Shown: positions 63,243-64,000 of the stretch, in pieces
Numbering within the stretch: position 1 is the stretch's first letter
Layout: the number at the start of each line of letters is the position of its first letter
From: Octopus sinensis
Taxonomy: Eukaryota
Length of the DNA: 64,000 bases
NCBI RefSeq assembly: GCF_006345805.1
Contig: NC_043002.1
Span: forward strand, 57,350,001-57,414,000
Reading direction: 5' to 3'
Program-made: the position numbers and the translations under genes
The notes under the pieces: generated by a model
What the model was told of the DNA's origin: nothing
Seen by the model: only the letters and a program-made list of their open reading frames with translations
Databases searched by the model: none

Positions 63243-63430
63243 GGGGCTGGATGTTGAAAAAGTTCCTGGCTTTAAAGACCTGGCTGGAGACCCAAACTTT
63301 CGAGTTCTTTTACAGGGCTTAGAAAAACTGAAGGACCACTGCAATAAGTGTGTGAATCTGAGAGGGAAATATGTTGAATAAAATCATAATTAACTGATCC
63401 TCCTGTAGGAAGTTTTCAACATCGCTCGCA
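63243..63430 (+). mobile_element. Mariner deletion derivative (MITE) retaining the transposase C-terminus
   Basis: Inverted cores gatgttgaaaaagttcct and aggaagttttcaacatc. Internal LQGLEKLKDHCNKCVNLRGKYVE* resembles the mariner C-terminus. Confidence 0.7.
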
Positions 63431-63445
63431 CATACACATAAATAT

Positions 63446-63459
63446 TATCTATCTATCTG

Positions 63460-63538
<79 letters not shown>
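63446..63538. repeat. (TATC)n array
   Basis: Direct reading. Confidence 0.95.
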
Positions 63539-63539
<1 letters not shown>

Positions 63540-64000
63540 CACCCGGCATGCCCCGAGGGGAAGCTGTCCCTAAAATGTTGGACGGAGGTGGCGAACACGT
63601 ACATCGCGTCCGTCATCTACTACTGCCTGACTGTCGTGCCTTGTCCCGACCCTACCATCTCCAAGCTGGAACGTAGTCTCTTCCGCTTCTTGTGGAAAGC
63701 ATGCATTCCGATGGTCAGGCGATCCGTTTGCTGTCAATACCCGTTAAAAGGAGGGCTGGGCATGCCGTGGTTGATAATGCGCAGACACGTGCTGAGACTG
63801 CGACATCTCCGGCTCTACGTAGACGACGGTGAACAGTTGTGGTCACCGTTTGTGAGGCGCGCTTTCCCGCAGCTCGTCTCCATGACCGAACTGCAGTCGT
63901 GGATCAAAAAGAGGCCGAGGAAGGGCGATGGCACCGCGAGTGTCGCATCGCTCTCCAGCAACTATGCCGTACCGGGTCAATCTTGAGCGACTGCAACACA
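63539..64000 (+). mobile_element. 5'-truncated Tx1-like LINE copy starting in (TATC)n; runs off the window
   Basis: ANTYIASVIYYCLTVVPCPDPTISKLER..GGLGMPWL..QSWIKKRPRKG is close to 39880-40220. Confidence 0.93.

Overview
AT-rich, repeat-dominated eukaryotic sequence with a 100-N gap at 6-105. The SINE families and dense microsatellites suggest an octopus (coleoid cephalopod) genome; this is an inference from recall, not a database result. I recognise no intact host protein-coding gene, rRNA, genuine tRNA or CRISPR array. Most listed ORFs are translated microsatellites or transposon debris. Supported features: a full-length but dead mariner with TIRs and TA TSD (3506-4745); other Tc1/mariner, pogo-like and hAT-like fragments and MITEs; a Penelope-like RT/GIY-YIG remnant; RLE-type non-LTR remnants; five + strand L1/Tx1-like LINE copies; and dozens of SINEs from three families (working labels A, B, C). 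The most notable pattern is mobile DNA living inside microsatellites. Four young Tx1-like copies begin within (TATC)n arrays despite four different 5' truncation points, and the three whose 3' ends are in the window also end in (TATC)n; an older relative ends in (CAT)n. A short element attached to (AAT/AAC)n has a four-copy consensus that forms a minimal hammerhead ribozyme. A ~1.9-kb fold-back element with ~500-bp near-identical inverted arms sits at a (TA)n tract. Boundaries of degenerate repeats are approximate.
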